From: Chara braunii
Lineage: Eukaryota; Plantae; Charophyceae
NCBI GenBank assembly: GCA_003427395.1
Contig: BFEA01000014.1
Location: 671,877 to 735,876 of the forward strand
Length of the DNA: 64,000 nucleotides
Direction of reading: 5' to 3'
Shown here: positions 34,909 through 47,798 of the stretch, one piece after another
Layout: every line of letters begins with the position of its first letter
Numbering within the stretch: position 1 is the first letter of the stretch
Made by a program: the position numbers and the translations under genes
The notes under the pieces: generated by a model
What the model saw: the letters and a program-made list of their open reading frames with translations, nothing else
The model's database searches: none
What the model was told of the DNA's origin: nothing

Positions 34909-35207
34909 GAAGCCCTCCCTGGAGGACAGACGAATAAGGGATTATGAAAGAAAGGTGGAGAGCCACTAGCAGGATAGCTGCTCTGATTCGTTGGACTCTG
35001 ACGGAAACAGACTGTTGAAGCTATGACAGGAAAGAGATAGCTCCGAGGAATTTTCACGGAGACGCACAGAAACCATGAGGAAAAAGAACAGGAGAAGTTG
35101 GAGACAATCCGCCCTTTTGGCTAACTTGAAGATGGAATTTAGTTTCTGTTGTACGTGTCCCCCGGCCCGCCGCAGCACTCACACACATCATAATGTCATC
35201 ATTTGAT

Positions 35208-35275
35208 GTTGTAGCGCAGCAGGTTGAGCTCAGTGCTGATAAGAATGAGATTCAGGGTTCGATACTAGCTCACGG
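35208..35275 (+). mobile_element. tRNA-derived SINE head
   Basis: A-box TAGCGCAGCAGG and B-box GGTTCGATACT at tRNA-like spacing. No intact acceptor stem. Confidence 0.45.
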
Positions 35276-35372
35276 AGTCTTGAAACGGTTGGGGTGCACA
35301 CAAGGGACACATTAGAGTGGAGGGTCATGTAGCTGGTTACCTTAGTGCTCTGTTTGATGGTGGGAGGGCCAT

Positions 35373-35451
35373 GGGTTAGGAACAGGGTTAGGAACAGGGT
35401 TAGGAACAGGGTTCAGGAACAGGGTTAGGAACAGGGTTAGGAACAGGGTTG
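35373..35451 (+). repeat. 12-bp tandem repeat (GGGTTAGGAACA), about 6.5 copies
   Basis: Directly visible; one further unit at about 35896. Confidence 0.9.
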
Positions 35452-36004
35452 ACATACGAGGGAACGGAGGATACCCAGCTCTCTATCATCACCACACAAC
35501 TAAGCTAGATGGAAGTCACTGTGCACCCTCGTGAAGACCTGTAGTAGCATGTTCAAAACTTAGCTCCCGAAGTCGGCAATCGGCGTCTGCTTCAACCGGG
35601 GCTGAGCAGGAGGTAGGCATCTCTGCTTAGCCCCGGTACCTGCAACTGCTGTCTGGTCAGGTCACCTCGCCAAGATGGCAATGGGTGATGGTCCTGGGTG
35701 GTTAACACTAGGGTAGGACAGGGCGGGTGGGGGTGCGCAAGGGCAGAAAGATGAGAGGAAGGGTGGGTGGGGTCTTCAAAGGGGTTCATCTGGACAACCG
35801 AGTGGCCGAGTACTGTGGGTGACTGCCATCCGTCTAGTATCCCACCTCTACAACAACCTGGGCTTTATATGAAAAAAAAAAAATGAAAAAAAAAAGGAAC
35901 AGGGTTAGGGGGAACATCACTCTCCAGGGGCACAATCATGGAGGTCCGTAGAGGGAGTAGGTGCAGAATAGAGGTGTGGCCTACCTTGAATCGCGATGAG
36001 GTTG

Positions 36005-36098
36005 GTGGGACTGCCGGTTCTGCACCTGTATTGAGTGGGACTGCGGGGTCTGCACCTGTATTGAGTGGGACTGCGGGGTCTGCACCTGTATTGAGTGG
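36005..36098 (+). repeat. 30-bp tandem repeat, 3 copies
   Basis: GTGGGACTGCGGGGTCTGCACCTGTATTGA. Confidence 0.9.
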
Positions 36099-36519
36099 TT
36101 TAGGGTCGAGTTACTTGAGTGTGATGGAGGGGATAGGACCCCTGCCGCACGGGTGCCAGGGTAGCTTGCATCTGATTCAGGGAATAGGATCGTGTGCTCC
36201 CTAAACATATAGTGATATGTATACCGTGTCCAGGTGAAGTGCTTAGAAAAGGTCTGACTCTAAAAAACTGACTAGAACACAACTACAACCTGAAAATGAA
36301 GCCTGTACAAGGAAAATATTTAGACAATTACAACCCTAATGATAGTTGTGCTGGGTGGGTATAAACCTTGGCTAGGGGGGGCATTTAGACACTGCCTGTC
36401 ATAGTACCTAGGGCTTGTATGATAAGAATATCTGACACTGCGAAGTCCAGGTATGAAATCTGGGGGACAATCAGGGGCTATGCATAGGGCCTCATGAAGC
36501 TGGTACTATTACACCTGCT

Positions 36520-37340
36520 TCTACGTGTGTGGCTGCTTTGTTGGTGTTGCCTTGTGCTTCACTGCATGGTTGCTGCGCTTGCCATGTCATTCCTTGCAGT
36601 AGTCTTTGGCGTTGAGCAGCCATGTTGGCTCTGCAGCGTTGCCTGGTGCTTCACCGGGTTGCTGGCCGCTGCTGTGGACAGTCTGCCTTCAACAAGGGTC
36701 TAAAGGGTTCATGACCCAAACTATCAAATACAGAGATTCCGCAGATTGTCGAACGTTCAGCCTTATCATGAGTCCGTGCAACGGTGCAACTCCGAAGAAA
36801 CAATCTTTCATCCTCAGTTTTATTTTTTTCGATTTTTCAACTCCGATGAAACAATCTTTCATCCTCAGTTTTTTTTTTTCCGATTTTTCAACTCCGATGA
36901 AACAATCTTTCATCCTCAGTTTTATTTTTTTCGATTTTTCTTTTTGCTGCTCTGGTCTCCGTTTGGCACTTAAACTTTGCGTCTTTTCCCTTGTTGTTGA
37001 TGTCTTGTGCTGTTTGTTTGCCCACCCGCCTCTCCCGTGCCCTCCAGCCTATGTGCCTTGCAGCTGCTTCTCGTTCAATGCCTCCTCGCCTTTCTCCTGG
37101 CTGTGTATTGCATGCCTTCGTTTTGCTTCACTGCCCTTTGCTCTCGCCATCTTATCTTCCCATGCTGATTGCCTGGTTGGTTAACTGTCCGCTGCCTTGC
37201 TCCTTTTGCCCCATTGTCTTTGTCTTGCTGCTTTTTGCTCTCTGCCGTCTGCCTTTTCCCTTGCTGCCTTGTGGCCTAGTGCGCCTAAGTACTAGTCCTT
37301 CTGCGCTTTCTTATGTTTGGGATGAATGTCTGTTTTGGTC
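36520..37340 (+). repeat. Dispersed repeat, inverted homolog of about 49740-50850, with an internal 54-bp repeat in 3 copies
   Basis: GGACAGTCTGCCTTCAACAAGGGTC...ATGACCCAAAC(T/C)AT(C/A)AAATAC matches the reverse complement of 50200-50280. AACTCCGA(A/T)GAAACAATCTTTCATCCTCAG occurs three times at 36788-36935. Confidence 0.75.
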
Positions 37341-37401
37341 TAAACATATGAAGTGGATGATGTATCTCCTTGGTATGTTTTTTTATCGTGCTTCTCATCC
37401 A

Positions 37402-37470
<69 letters not shown>

Positions 37471-37717
37471 CAGCTAGTCAGAATCTTTGTAAAAAAATGG
37501 AATGTGTTTTGAGGAGAGGAATGGGAGAGGAAAATAGTTTCCCAAAGGGAGAAATATACTGATGCATGTATATGAAGTAGTCAATAGGATTACACTTGAT
37601 GCAGTAGTTTGTGTTTGAGAAATCGTAGATCAGATAGACAGGGCTTTCCCATCATCTAACGTACATTGGTTAATGAACATACACAGGTAGTAGGTGATAT
37701 CAACACAACTCTGTATA

Positions 37718-37864
37718 GGGACGCTGGACCCGATTTCCAGCAGGTGTAGCTCCCCACCAATAGATGGAGCCTTCGATGATGGGGCCTACTTACCGGGGAT
37801 GCTCTTACCACCTCATTAAGTAGGCTTCCCGCATACGAAGTTAAAAAAAAAAAAAAAAAAAAAA
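37718..37864 (+). repeat. Conserved LINE 3' motif followed by poly(A)
   Basis: GGGACGCTGGACCCGATTTCCAGCAGGTGTAGCTCCCCACCAATAGATGGAGC, then an A-tail at 37843-37864. Confidence 0.75.
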
Positions 37865-38837
37865 GTATCAAAAAAATAGAAAAAGTTTTTGCAAAAAAAG
37901 AAGAAAAGAAAAAGAAAAGATAAAAATAAGAGAAATGAAAAACTGACTTTAAAAAAACTGTATAGTAAAATATAAGGTGAGGAACTTGTTTGCTGGAACA
38001 ACATCAGGGCCTCTGGGGGAACCGTAACTTCGTAAGTAGTGAGATCTGAGGTCTAAGTTGAGAAGAAAGGGCACCATAGGCGGAGTTCGGACTGGCACTA
38101 AGCGGACGACCCAAAAAGAAAGAGGGGGCCGGGGGCAGCGTGTGAGAAAAGCTATTGTGGGACGCAGCTCGGGGCCGACTATAATACTGGAGTGTAGCTC
38201 ATTGCTAAGCCTCGGTGAATGAGGCTGCGCGGTAGATCACTGCAGTAAGTTAACGCTTCAAGCGCTATCGTACCTCGGGGACCTGCCGTGGTTACAGCGC
38301 GATGTCCGATCTATCGTCGTCTTCGCCGTCTTCTTCTTCAGCCTTATTTCTCGAGCACCGTGTTCGCGTTCCGATTCCGCCGGGAGAAGAGAGGACTGTA
38401 CTGAAAGAGAGGGCTGGTGTAACAGCCTCGTGTTCCCTGTCGAACACCACTCTATCGTGTGAAGCTGCCATCTGCTTGTGCTGATCATAGCTCCGAAGAA
38501 AGTTGCAGTGAGGTGTACTCCAGAAGGGGTACTGACGTGGAATCCACGTGGGATACATTAGATCATGGAGGAGACTCTCGTTTGATGAGATACTGGAAGA
38601 GCATCTGAAAGAGGAGAACTTTTTCGACGAGTCGCAGGGAGAAGCAGTGCCGGAGGTGATGGTTAATCTCTGAGATATCGCATTTTCCCCCCTAGTATGT
38701 ATAATGTCTATCGATCTCCTTTCTAATTTACGAGTCTTCAATGACCTCTATCCTGTTTATGAACGTCTATTTGTGTGCATATGATGTGTACATCCTGGTT
38801 GGGGAAGCAAAGCAGTGTTGGTAAATGTGCTTCAATC

Positions 38838-38896
38838 ATTCTCCTCTGATGAGCTGGCAAGTGTGGCAGGCCGGTGAAAAACTAGTTCAAGGGAAT
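38838..38896 (+). ncRNA. Type I hammerhead ribozyme motif
   Basis: Stem I ATTCTCCT/AAGGGAAT (one mismatch); core CTGATGA at 38846-38852; stem II GCTGGC/GCCGGT; GAAA at 38876-38879; short near-palindromic stem III (AACTAGTT); cleavage triplet UUC, after C38888. Confidence 0.75.
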
Positions 38897-39506
38897 TGCC
38901 ACTACCCCTAGCCTTTTTTCTCCACTGCTATGGTGTCGCCGGCTCTCAATTTGGCCTTATGGCGAACCGTTAGAACCAGGAAATGTGTGTGTGATCATAT
39001 CCGCAATGCTTATTGATGGACGAGCACCATGTACTATACTCACCACCTGTTTGATACTCCTCGTACTTTATGTGTTGAAGTCGTTGTTGTATCTTGGGAT
39101 GGATGGCAATTGGCTAGACTATGTTTGCAGAAGAAGACATCTGATCAACTTTCTACTCACCCAAGTGGAATGCAGTCAGAATCAATGAGCGACTTGGTTA
39201 CGAGGGTCACGTCGGCAATTTTGAGGATTCTGCATATAGGGATCACCAGATGTATGAGGTGGCCTACTGAAGGGATTTGTTCTCGGTGCACCATGAATGA
39301 ATGGCGGAAGGAGAGGAAGGAGGGGGCTCACGAGTGTGCTATGGAAAGAGAAAGGAAGAAGGGTGTTGAGAGACATTGAGGTCTGACGAGCAAGAGGCAG
39401 GGGGATTCGAGATGCGAATGTGTAGTAGATTAGGTTGAGAATAATATTGATAAGTGGACTAGGATGTGTGATGGGATGAAGGAAAGCTCAACCAGATGTG
39501 AAGTAT

Positions 39507-39830
39507 CTTTTTTTTTTTTTTTTTTTTTTTTTGAAAGAGAAAACAACCCGAGTGAATGCTAGGGGTGCTGATAAGAGCAGACACCACTAGCATGCTCGAG
39601 GAGGCTCCATCTATTGGTGGGGAGCGGCACCTGCTGGAAATCGGGCCCAGCGTCCCTCAACAATTATAACCAGGTGTTCCGTATTCCACCCGAAATCATG
39701 TCAATATGCCACGTGTCCATCCCCACAGAATGCGTACGTAATCAACCGAAGCAACACGCTGGCACACTCTAGCATCTGATGAGCAGCATTGATTGCCCTC
39801 AAACGAGGGGATTAACTGCTCATCATGGTT
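39507..39830 (-). mobile_element. LINE-family 3' end, minus strand: internal-loop hairpin, conserved motif, poly(A)
   Basis: Hairpin at 39778-39824, motif at 39557-39656, poly(T) on the plus strand at about 39508-39532. Confidence 0.65.
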
Positions 39831-40776
39831 AAAAAAAAGCTCCTATTCCGAAACCCTCATCGTCCGCTTAACGAAACGTTCGCAGCACGGTGAAAGGAAG
39901 AGGTAACCAGAACAGGAAGTTAGATGAACTTATTGTGGATAATTCCGAAATCATCACGAGGTTTAGCTAATCATCACGAGGTTTAGCTCTCACAACTTAT
40001 CAGGAAAGCACCATATCCCCCCACGATCCCCCCACAATCTTCATGATCATTGGTTCACATCACACAGTATGAGAGGGGAGGGGTATTCGAAGAGGGGACG
40101 TACAGTTTACCATTTCAAAATTCTCTATTACCTCAGTGCGGGAAAACAGAGGACCGACGATGAAAGTAGCACCACAAATTCCCCACTGAAATTACACATC
40201 TCACGCGGCAGGAGAGCAAAAATCCCAAAAATCCCATGGTCGTACCTTACCTGCCACGTGGGTAATCCCAAATTTCACAAAACGCTTTAGGTCACGTAAC
40301 TCACCCAGTTGGATCAATCGAAACACGAACCAGCCCCCTACGAACCAACTCCCCTGCTCATATGCAAAATCGGTGGAACTTCATTCAGATTTTAAACCGA
40401 AGTCGCACTATCACGGAGCAGAGCAGCAATCAATCCCTCCATCGCACCTTTTCAGCTGCATAACAAAACCATCATTGTAAAAAGCCGCAAAAGGGTCCAG
40501 ATCACGAGTAACACTCAAAACAGAACGATAAAAGCATACTCCCGCTGTCATGTGTACCCCGCGGCACTGCTCCAATCATCCACCACCCTTTCTCTCCCCC
40601 ACCTCTCCCTCCGTAAAGACTCTACCCCACCCTACAACCCTCCCCCCTATCCCCACCCGGATCCCATGAGAGAAGCGGTATGCTATTCCGTGCAGTCGAG
40701 GAGCCCCAAATCATCATAAGCATGCCCAAAGACGACCCCACCCCCGCAAGCTCGCCTTTCCCAAATACAGCAAAGG

Positions 40777-41508
40777 TCATACCCCCGTCAAATTCGATAT
40801 TATCACCTTCATTGCTAACACCCCTGCTGTCTTGGAAACATGCATGAAGCTCACCTTCTTCGCTGGTGTTATAGTGGTTGTTGTTGCCGTAATCGTTATA
40901 TCACTGGTATTGTTATCGTTGCCACCAGCGCTGACATTGTCATCACTATTTTGCTTGTTGTTGACGACACCAGCGGAAGCGACGTCACTAGAACAACGAT
41001 AATCGCTGCTTTTGTTATTGTTGTTGTTGTAGTTGTTGTTGTCGTTGTTGTTATTATTATAACAGACAGCACCGCGAATGAAATCACCGATGTTTTTTCT
41101 GTCATCAATGTTGTTGGCAAGGACGGTAGTGCAAGTAAGATCGTCGTTGTCCATACTATCGATGTCGACGGCGTCAGCAGCAACGGAGTTGATGTCATCC
41201 TCGTAACAGAGGTCTTCCAGCTCAGCACATAGATCTTGCCCCTCCTCAAGATCTTCGTAGAAGTTCCGCATCAAACTGCCCAATCGTGGTTCATCTATGA
41301 GTGCACGAAGATGAGGGGGCAACCCCTCCTCCAACCCCCACGCAGTCTCCAATAACTGCATCTGCACACTCCGGATCCACGGAATTGATGGCACTGTCGT
41401 TTCTGCAGCCACCGCTTTCAACTTCGCCACTTCATAGCACACCCGTTCTCTGCCCACTTGGATGATGGTAAACCACTCATTGGCTTCTAGCTCGCCCAAA
41501 CTCGCCAT
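40777..41508 (-). CDS. Hypothetical 243-aa ORF with acidic and Asn-rich tail, probably repeat-associated
   Basis: ATG-initiated open frame. First ~105 aa look protein-like, remainder low complexity. No recognised domain. Confidence 0.3.
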   Translation of the reverse strand: MASLGELEANEWFTIIQVGRERVCYEVAKLKAVAAETTVPSIPWIRSVQMQLLETAWGLEEGLPPHLRALIDEPRLGSLMRNFYEDLEEGQDLCAELEDLCYEDDINSVAADAVDIDSMDNDDLTCTTVLANNIDDRKNIGDFIRGAVCYNNNNNDNNNYNNNNNKSSDYRCSSDVASAGVVNNKQNSDDNVSAGGNDNNTSDITITATTTTITPAKKVSFMHVSKTAGVLAMKVIISNLTGV

Positions 41509-41709
41509 CGAAGATATAAGAAGCTGCCACCACTATCACAATCTATCGACAATTCCACAGCTGGCGCCACCCCTGCCCGTGCGTCGCGGAACACCCAATT
41601 CCAACAGCAGTCGCCACGTGGCAACCAAGCTGCCACCCACGTCTGCTGGGCGCACGTGCAGGCCTAACAGCCGAAGGGCTCGCCCCCCCCCCCGGCGCTA
41701 GTCGATAGT

Positions 41710-44700
41710 TGGGGTATTCCGTTCGTCAGTTGGCTAGGTGGGTCAGGTGGTAGGTGCGACATGGCCCTTGGTGGGATTCCACGGCCGTCCTTTTCCGTAT
41801 TATGGAGCCTTTGTACGACATGCTGCGCAGTTTGGAGGGATGCACATGTCGCGGGTTGTTCAGTGGACGCAGGATGTGACCCGCGAGGTGGCCAGGGAGG
41901 TTCGTGCACTTCTGGCGGATTCTGCACACTGCATTGTGCAGAGGGTGCAGGCTCGATGCGCGCACATGTTGGAGCCGGCCCACGCCGCTGCTCACCTTCC
42001 TTGTCCCAGCCGGCGGGACTTGAGGTACTACGAGGGCGTGGTGAGCAGCTACGCCGCGAGCTTGGTGAGGGAGGCAGAGACTTATATCTTGTCGCAGACA
42101 GGGTTCAGTGTAGCGAGCCCCGAGTACGAGACCGCATGTGCGCACCTGCGCGACTTCCACACACGGAGGGGGGGGATTGCGTGGGGAGGGAGGGACGAAG
42201 ACAGAGAGGCACAGAGGTGCACCGGCGACGTGGAGACGTACAAGGCCGGGTGTTGGTGGTCAAAGTGGGGACAGTGCGCCCCGCAGTTGCAGGCCATTGC
42301 TCTTCGTGTTATGTACATGTGGACGTGCTCCTCTCCTGCGGAGAGGAATTGGGCCGTCCACGAGGGTGTACAGACGAAGAAGCGTAACCGCCTCGAGTTT
42401 GAGAAGGTTTTGGCGTTGTTGAGATCTCAGCCAACGTCCGCCTTCTCTCGCATCAGCGCGCAGGTCGTGGGTTTGCGCCGCCATGGACTATAGATGAGTC
42501 TATGTTGGACGTGGAGGGAGGCCTCGGGACTCACCCCTCGTGGAAGGGGACGGACAAGAGCAGGACGCAGGAGGACCTTGAGTCTCAGAGATGTTCATGG
42601 CAGCGAGACCCGTGCAGGTCGAGAGCTCCTTCGGGGGAGGTGGCAGATGTTTTTGGGACTCGAGCCGCCACATTGCACCCTTACCCTCGAGACGACAGTG
42701 ATTCCGAGGGTCACGAGGACGAGGACGAGCGGGCGGGCCCCGCTACTGCCGCTCATGCGGCACAACAACGTGATGAGTGGAGCGACCCGGAGGACGTCCG
42801 CAGACGGAATGACGGGGATGGCTTGTTCACAGGACTTGATTCGCAGGGCGAGGAGGAGTTAGGTGGTTCGTATGGGAGCCCTGTCGAGCGACAGAGGCTT
42901 TCGTCACATGGCCCGCGGTCCGCTGAGCAAGAGGGAGCTCCTGGATCTGCACCTTCGAGGGGGGCAGAGTCGGGTTGTGCTGGGGAGGTGCCTGGCGGGG
43001 GTCCTGCGCATGTTGGTGGTGCCTTGCACAGACTGGTGAGGGTCCGGAGACAGTGATTGGTGGACAGATTAGCGGGCGGTCCTTCACAGGTTGAGGGGCA
43101 CGAGAGAGATAGACAGGGGTTGTCTGCTGGAGACGGTGCTGTGTTGCCAGCAGGCGGAGGCAGTGGCGAGGATGCCGCGACAGTTGAGGAGGGCGAGCAT
43201 GGGAGTAGTCGTGATGAGGGGATGTCGGCAGGCGGAGGAGGAGGTTTGAGCGAGTTTGAACTGCTTGGTGACCTAGGAGTGCCCCCGGGAGAGAGCGAGT
43301 CTTGAGGGGACATCATTGTGGGCATGCAGGTCGGATTGGGATAGATCAGCGCCCTGCACCTAGAGACTTTCACACCTGCCATGCACGACGAGTTGATGTC
43401 GTCACCGCCTGAGGCTGAGGGAAATGAGGATCGCACACCTCCTGGAGAGACATTTGAGGAGAGGTTTGATAGGCTTGAGAGTCGTCGAGCATGCCTCATG
43501 GCACGAGCGGACCCCAGGACCCAGGAGTTGGCCCGTGTTGCGGCTGAGGAGCGACAGAGAGAATTGGGGACATTTCCGCCGGTGTCCCTTCACGTAGAGA
43601 CAACTTTCCCCATGGATCCTCCGAAAGGGGATCACGATAGGATGCAGGGGGAGGGAGCTTTGGCAGAGGCATCGAGCATGGGAGGGGATGATGAGCAGAG
43701 GGAGCCGCTCGAGAGGCACGAGACAAGGTTGGCACCGCTAGAGGACCGACCTCTGGTGCCTGACCAGACTCCCACCGACGAGCAAAGGCCCGAGGGGGCA
43801 TTGCATGACGCTGCCGACGTGCCTCTGCTCGCGGATTTGGATGAGGGTGCGGTGCACATGTCCCCGGGTCTAGAGGACATACAGACTATGCAGTCGGTGG
43901 GCGTTGATGTTGCTCGACCCTCTGCACAGGCAGAGGGCACAACACCGACCACCGGGTGGGAGGAGGACGTAGAGAGGGACGTCCATGCTAGTGGGGCGGG
44001 ACGAGACCCCGCACAGGTCGAGAGAGGGCACAACACGGGTCGACGCAGCGGGGGACGTCCATGGTAGTGGGGCACAACACCTGGGAGGGGGACGTAGCGG
44101 GGGACGTCCACGCTAGTGGAGCGGAACGAGACCCCTTACAGGTCGATAGCGAGGTAATGCGCAGAGAGGACGTGGGAGACAGGCGTGACGGAGACAGAGA
44201 GGAGACACCGCAGACTTTGGTGGTCCGCACGGCAGCGGGCCTGGTGCTGCCACATCAGGCACCGTTTCTAGTGGATCCCGGGCATCGTGCACATGGAGGT
44301 GGCCCGGTCGCGGAGCGACGAGTAGGCAGGGGCACGTGCGCACCTCCGGTCCCTACTTTTGCGTCGTCACGGGAGAGGCCGCAAATTAGGTATGTGGCCA
44401 CGCCTCGCGACAACCTCCCTTTTGGATGTATGGCTGCTGAGGAGTTGGAGGCGCACGGCGGGATGGATTTGAGGACATCAATAGGCGGTGCTTCAGGAGG
44501 CCTCCGCAGGCTGGGCGTCTGCCTCACGTGCATGACTTGTCTTTGTGGCGAGCTAGCCCTAGCTTACCTTCGGGAGGTTCTGTCGCGACGCCGTCTCAGG
44601 GCGCAGCAGGGCCATCCTCACCAGCAAGCGTAGTTGCGGGAGAGAGCGGCAATCTCACCCCGAGGTCGGCTGCTCGTAGACGGAGAGACACTACCGACCA

Positions 44701-45300
44701 TGCACGGGAGTCGCACGACACTATGTTATTCGGTCGCACTGACAGGCCATGGAGTGAGTCGAGACGGGTGACGACGGCAAGTGCCAGTCGTCAACCAGGT
44801 TTGAGAGGGGTTTCCAGGAGCGGGGGTGGTCGAGATGTTGTGGCATCTGGGTTTGGTAGTAGAGGCGATGACAGTGGATGCATGCATAGCAGACACGAGG
44901 GCATAGACGGTGCCGCGCCGGGCGTGGTACATCCACCATTGACATTTGGTTTGAAAGAGGCTTCAATGATTTTAGACGAGCCTGATGTTGTGACACGAGC
45001 GAGGCAGGCCTGACACGTGCCCCTAGATCGACGGCAGGAGGGGGAGACATCAGGGACGGATGGTCTACCTATGCATCATGAGTCCCGCCGACGTGCTGAT
45101 CTTGCGGACACATTTATCACCCGGATAGCCAAAGGCAGGAGAGTTATTATGGACGATGACGACGGCAACCCTCCCGAGCTTATCACAGCTGGACGCGGCG
45201 GGCATCGTCAGAGAGGGCGAGGACGTGGCACTGGCGGGTCACACGGACGAGGTTCTCTTGGGTCCCGGCGGGCTTCGCGCGCAGACGACGATCGTTGATG
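41710..45300 (+). mobile_element. hAT transposase remnant (C-terminal dimerisation region) with long disordered GC-rich extension
   Basis: WWSKWGQCAPQLQAIALRVMYMWTCSSPAERNWAVHEGVQTKKRNRL is the hAT C-terminal dimerisation signature (plant DUF659-associated type), with HAAAHL upstream. Frameshift near 42410; downstream ORFs broken. Confidence 0.8.
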
Positions 45301-45733
45301 GTGCACGGAGTTGCGTTTTGTTGCCTTTCTTCGACGGAGGAGCATTTTTGTTATCCATGACAGACAATGTTTTTTTATGTTGTATTCTAGTTCACTTTAC
45401 AGTCGATAATTTTTTTTTGCAGTTCACACATGGTTTCATGATGTTGTATTGTAGTTTGCCTTGTAGTCGGTTGTTTTTTTGGGCATTTCACATATGTTTT
45501 CCTTCGATACCTTTAGGATTGTATCTTTGTAGTGTATCGTGTGTTCTACTTTTTAGTCGACTGTTTTGAGTCGGTGCTTCTTTCGATGGAGTGGTGGGTC
45601 TTTGACCTGACATGTCAGATTTATGCTATTATCCATGCTATATTGGTTTGTGTTCTGCTTCGATTATGTCTTCACGTTTGCAATGTTTCTGTTTTTTTTG
45701 ATGATGAGTGTTGTGTGTGCAATGGTGCAGGGT

Positions 45734-46613
45734 NNNNNNNNNNNNNNNNNNNNNNNNNNNNNNNNNNNNNNNNNNNNNNNNNNNNNNNNNNNNNNNNNNN
45801 NNNNNNNNNNNNNNNNNNNNNNNNNNNNNNNNNNNNNNNNNNNNNNNNNNNNNNNNNNNNNNNNNNNNNNNNNNNNNNNNNNNNNNNNNNNNNNNNNNNN
45901 NNNNNNNNNNNNNNNNNNNNNNNNNNNNNNNNNNNNNNNNNNNNNNNNNNNNNNNNNNNNNNNNNNNNNNNNNNNNNNNNNNNNNNNNNNNNNNNNNNNN
46001 NNNNNNNNNNNNNNNNNNNNNNNNNNNNNNNNNNNNNNNNNNNNNNNNNNNNNNNNNNNNNNNNNNNNNNNNNNNNNNNNNNNNNNNNNNNNNNNNNNNN
46101 NNNNNNNNNNNNNNNNNNNNNNNNNNNNNNNNNNNNNNNNNNNNNNNNNNNNNNNNNNNNNNNNNNNNNNNNNNNNNNNNNNNNNNNNNNNNNNNNNNNN
46201 NNNNNNNNNNNNNNNNNNNNNNNNNNNNNNNNNNNNNNNNNNNNNNNNNNNNNNNNNNNNNNNNNNNNNNNNNNNNNNNNNNNNNNNNNNNNNNNNNNNN
46301 NNNNNNNNNNNNNNNNNNNNNNNNNNNNNNNNNNNNNNNNNNNNNNNNNNNNNNNNNNNNNNNNNNNNNNNNNNNNNNNNNNNNNNNNNNNNNNNNNNNN
46401 NNNNNNNNNNNNNNNNNNNNNNNNNNNNNNNNNNNNNNNNNNNNNNNNNNNNNNNNNNNNNNNNNNNNNNNNNNNNNNNNNNNNNNNNNNNNNNNNNNNN
46501 NNNNNNNNNNNNNNNNNNNNNNNNNNNNNNNNNNNNNNNNNNNNNNNNNNNNNNNNNNNNNNNNNNNNNNNNNNNNNNNNNNNNNNNNNNNNNNNNNNNN
46601 NNNNNNNNNNNNN
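45734..46613. other. Assembly gap
   Basis: Run of N. Confidence 1.
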
Positions 46614-47798
46614 TTAGCCATTTTGAGGTTGCGGCCAATGAGAAGAGGCCTTCTTCTCCCCCCCTCCCCAAGTTCCATTCTTCAAAATAATATAAAAAAC
46701 AAGAACGGGACAAAGACAAGCGAAACAAAACTTCCCATTATATACGCATCGTATTCAACCCCTCGGTGCACACAAATATCTTAAGATTGCAGCCAATGAG
46801 AAGAGGCCTTGAATTCCGTCTTTTTCTTTCCGAGACTCAGGGCCTCGCCACACCAAATTGAATTATTTTTTCGACATGATCGGGGGGGTTTCAACAAACC
46901 CCCCACCTTCGCCACACAGCACATGTAGAAGACGCGCGGAATCTACTCTGACATATGTCGAAAACGACGCATCTCTCGCTAGCCCAAAGCGCTGGTGTCG
47001 GCTTTTGGCCCTCGGCGGGAGGGTTTTTTTTTTTTTTTTTTAAATAACATAATTTCATTGAAATTGGCAAAAGGAGGCTGGGAATCTCTCCACATCTCAA
47101 CCGCGTGAGAGAAGCCAAGCCTCAAAGAGGCGAACTGGAAACCGATTCCATTGTCCCATGCTCCTGTCGACATTCTTGATATTTCCAAACAAGAAAAGGG
47201 GAAAATCAGACAATTACTCCAAGTACAAGCCACAAAGGAACAAACTATGGGCCTCGCCGAACGGTGCAATGAATGAAACGAAACGACCTCAAACCTTGCG
47301 AGCCCTCGCGAGGCCTCGCGAGGCCAAGAATCACCGTTTTGACTCGTTTTTTGCACCACCGCCGCACAACACACACGAATTCCCTCGCCGAAAGGGCTCC
47401 GCGCACTTCCAACGTCGTTCGTGAGGCCTGACACATAAAAGTACAAAATTTTGGATGTGCTTTCTTTGGAGCGATGTGTTGCACTTGTGCGGATTCGGAG
47501 GTCCACCGGCAGTGAAGCGAAGGAGCTGCGAGTTCGTGTGCGTTGCAGGCAGGGATGGCCACTGCACGTGCTCACACTCACGAACTTGGAGTCCGACATC
47601 TTTTGCGAGGAAACACTGACAGGATCCGTGAGGGTGCTGTGCGGCGAAACGTACGTGAAATGAAGTCGTTTTTTTTTTTCGTGTCTCTCCCTCTCCCTCC
47701 TTTGCCTCTCTGCGCGTTTGCGGAACACATGCCGACCGTAGCAACGGAGTTGGCAGCGCTCTCTGCTCGAACGCGCAGCACGGAAGTTAGCCCCGTGC

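Noticed and set aside
35208-35275. Functional tRNA gene
   Set aside because: A/B boxes are present but there is no acceptor or anticodon stem pairing; treated as a SINE head.
36005-36935. 30-bp and 54-bp repeats as CRISPR-like arrays
   Set aside because: Head-to-tail tandem units with no unique spacers, eukaryotic context, no cas genes.
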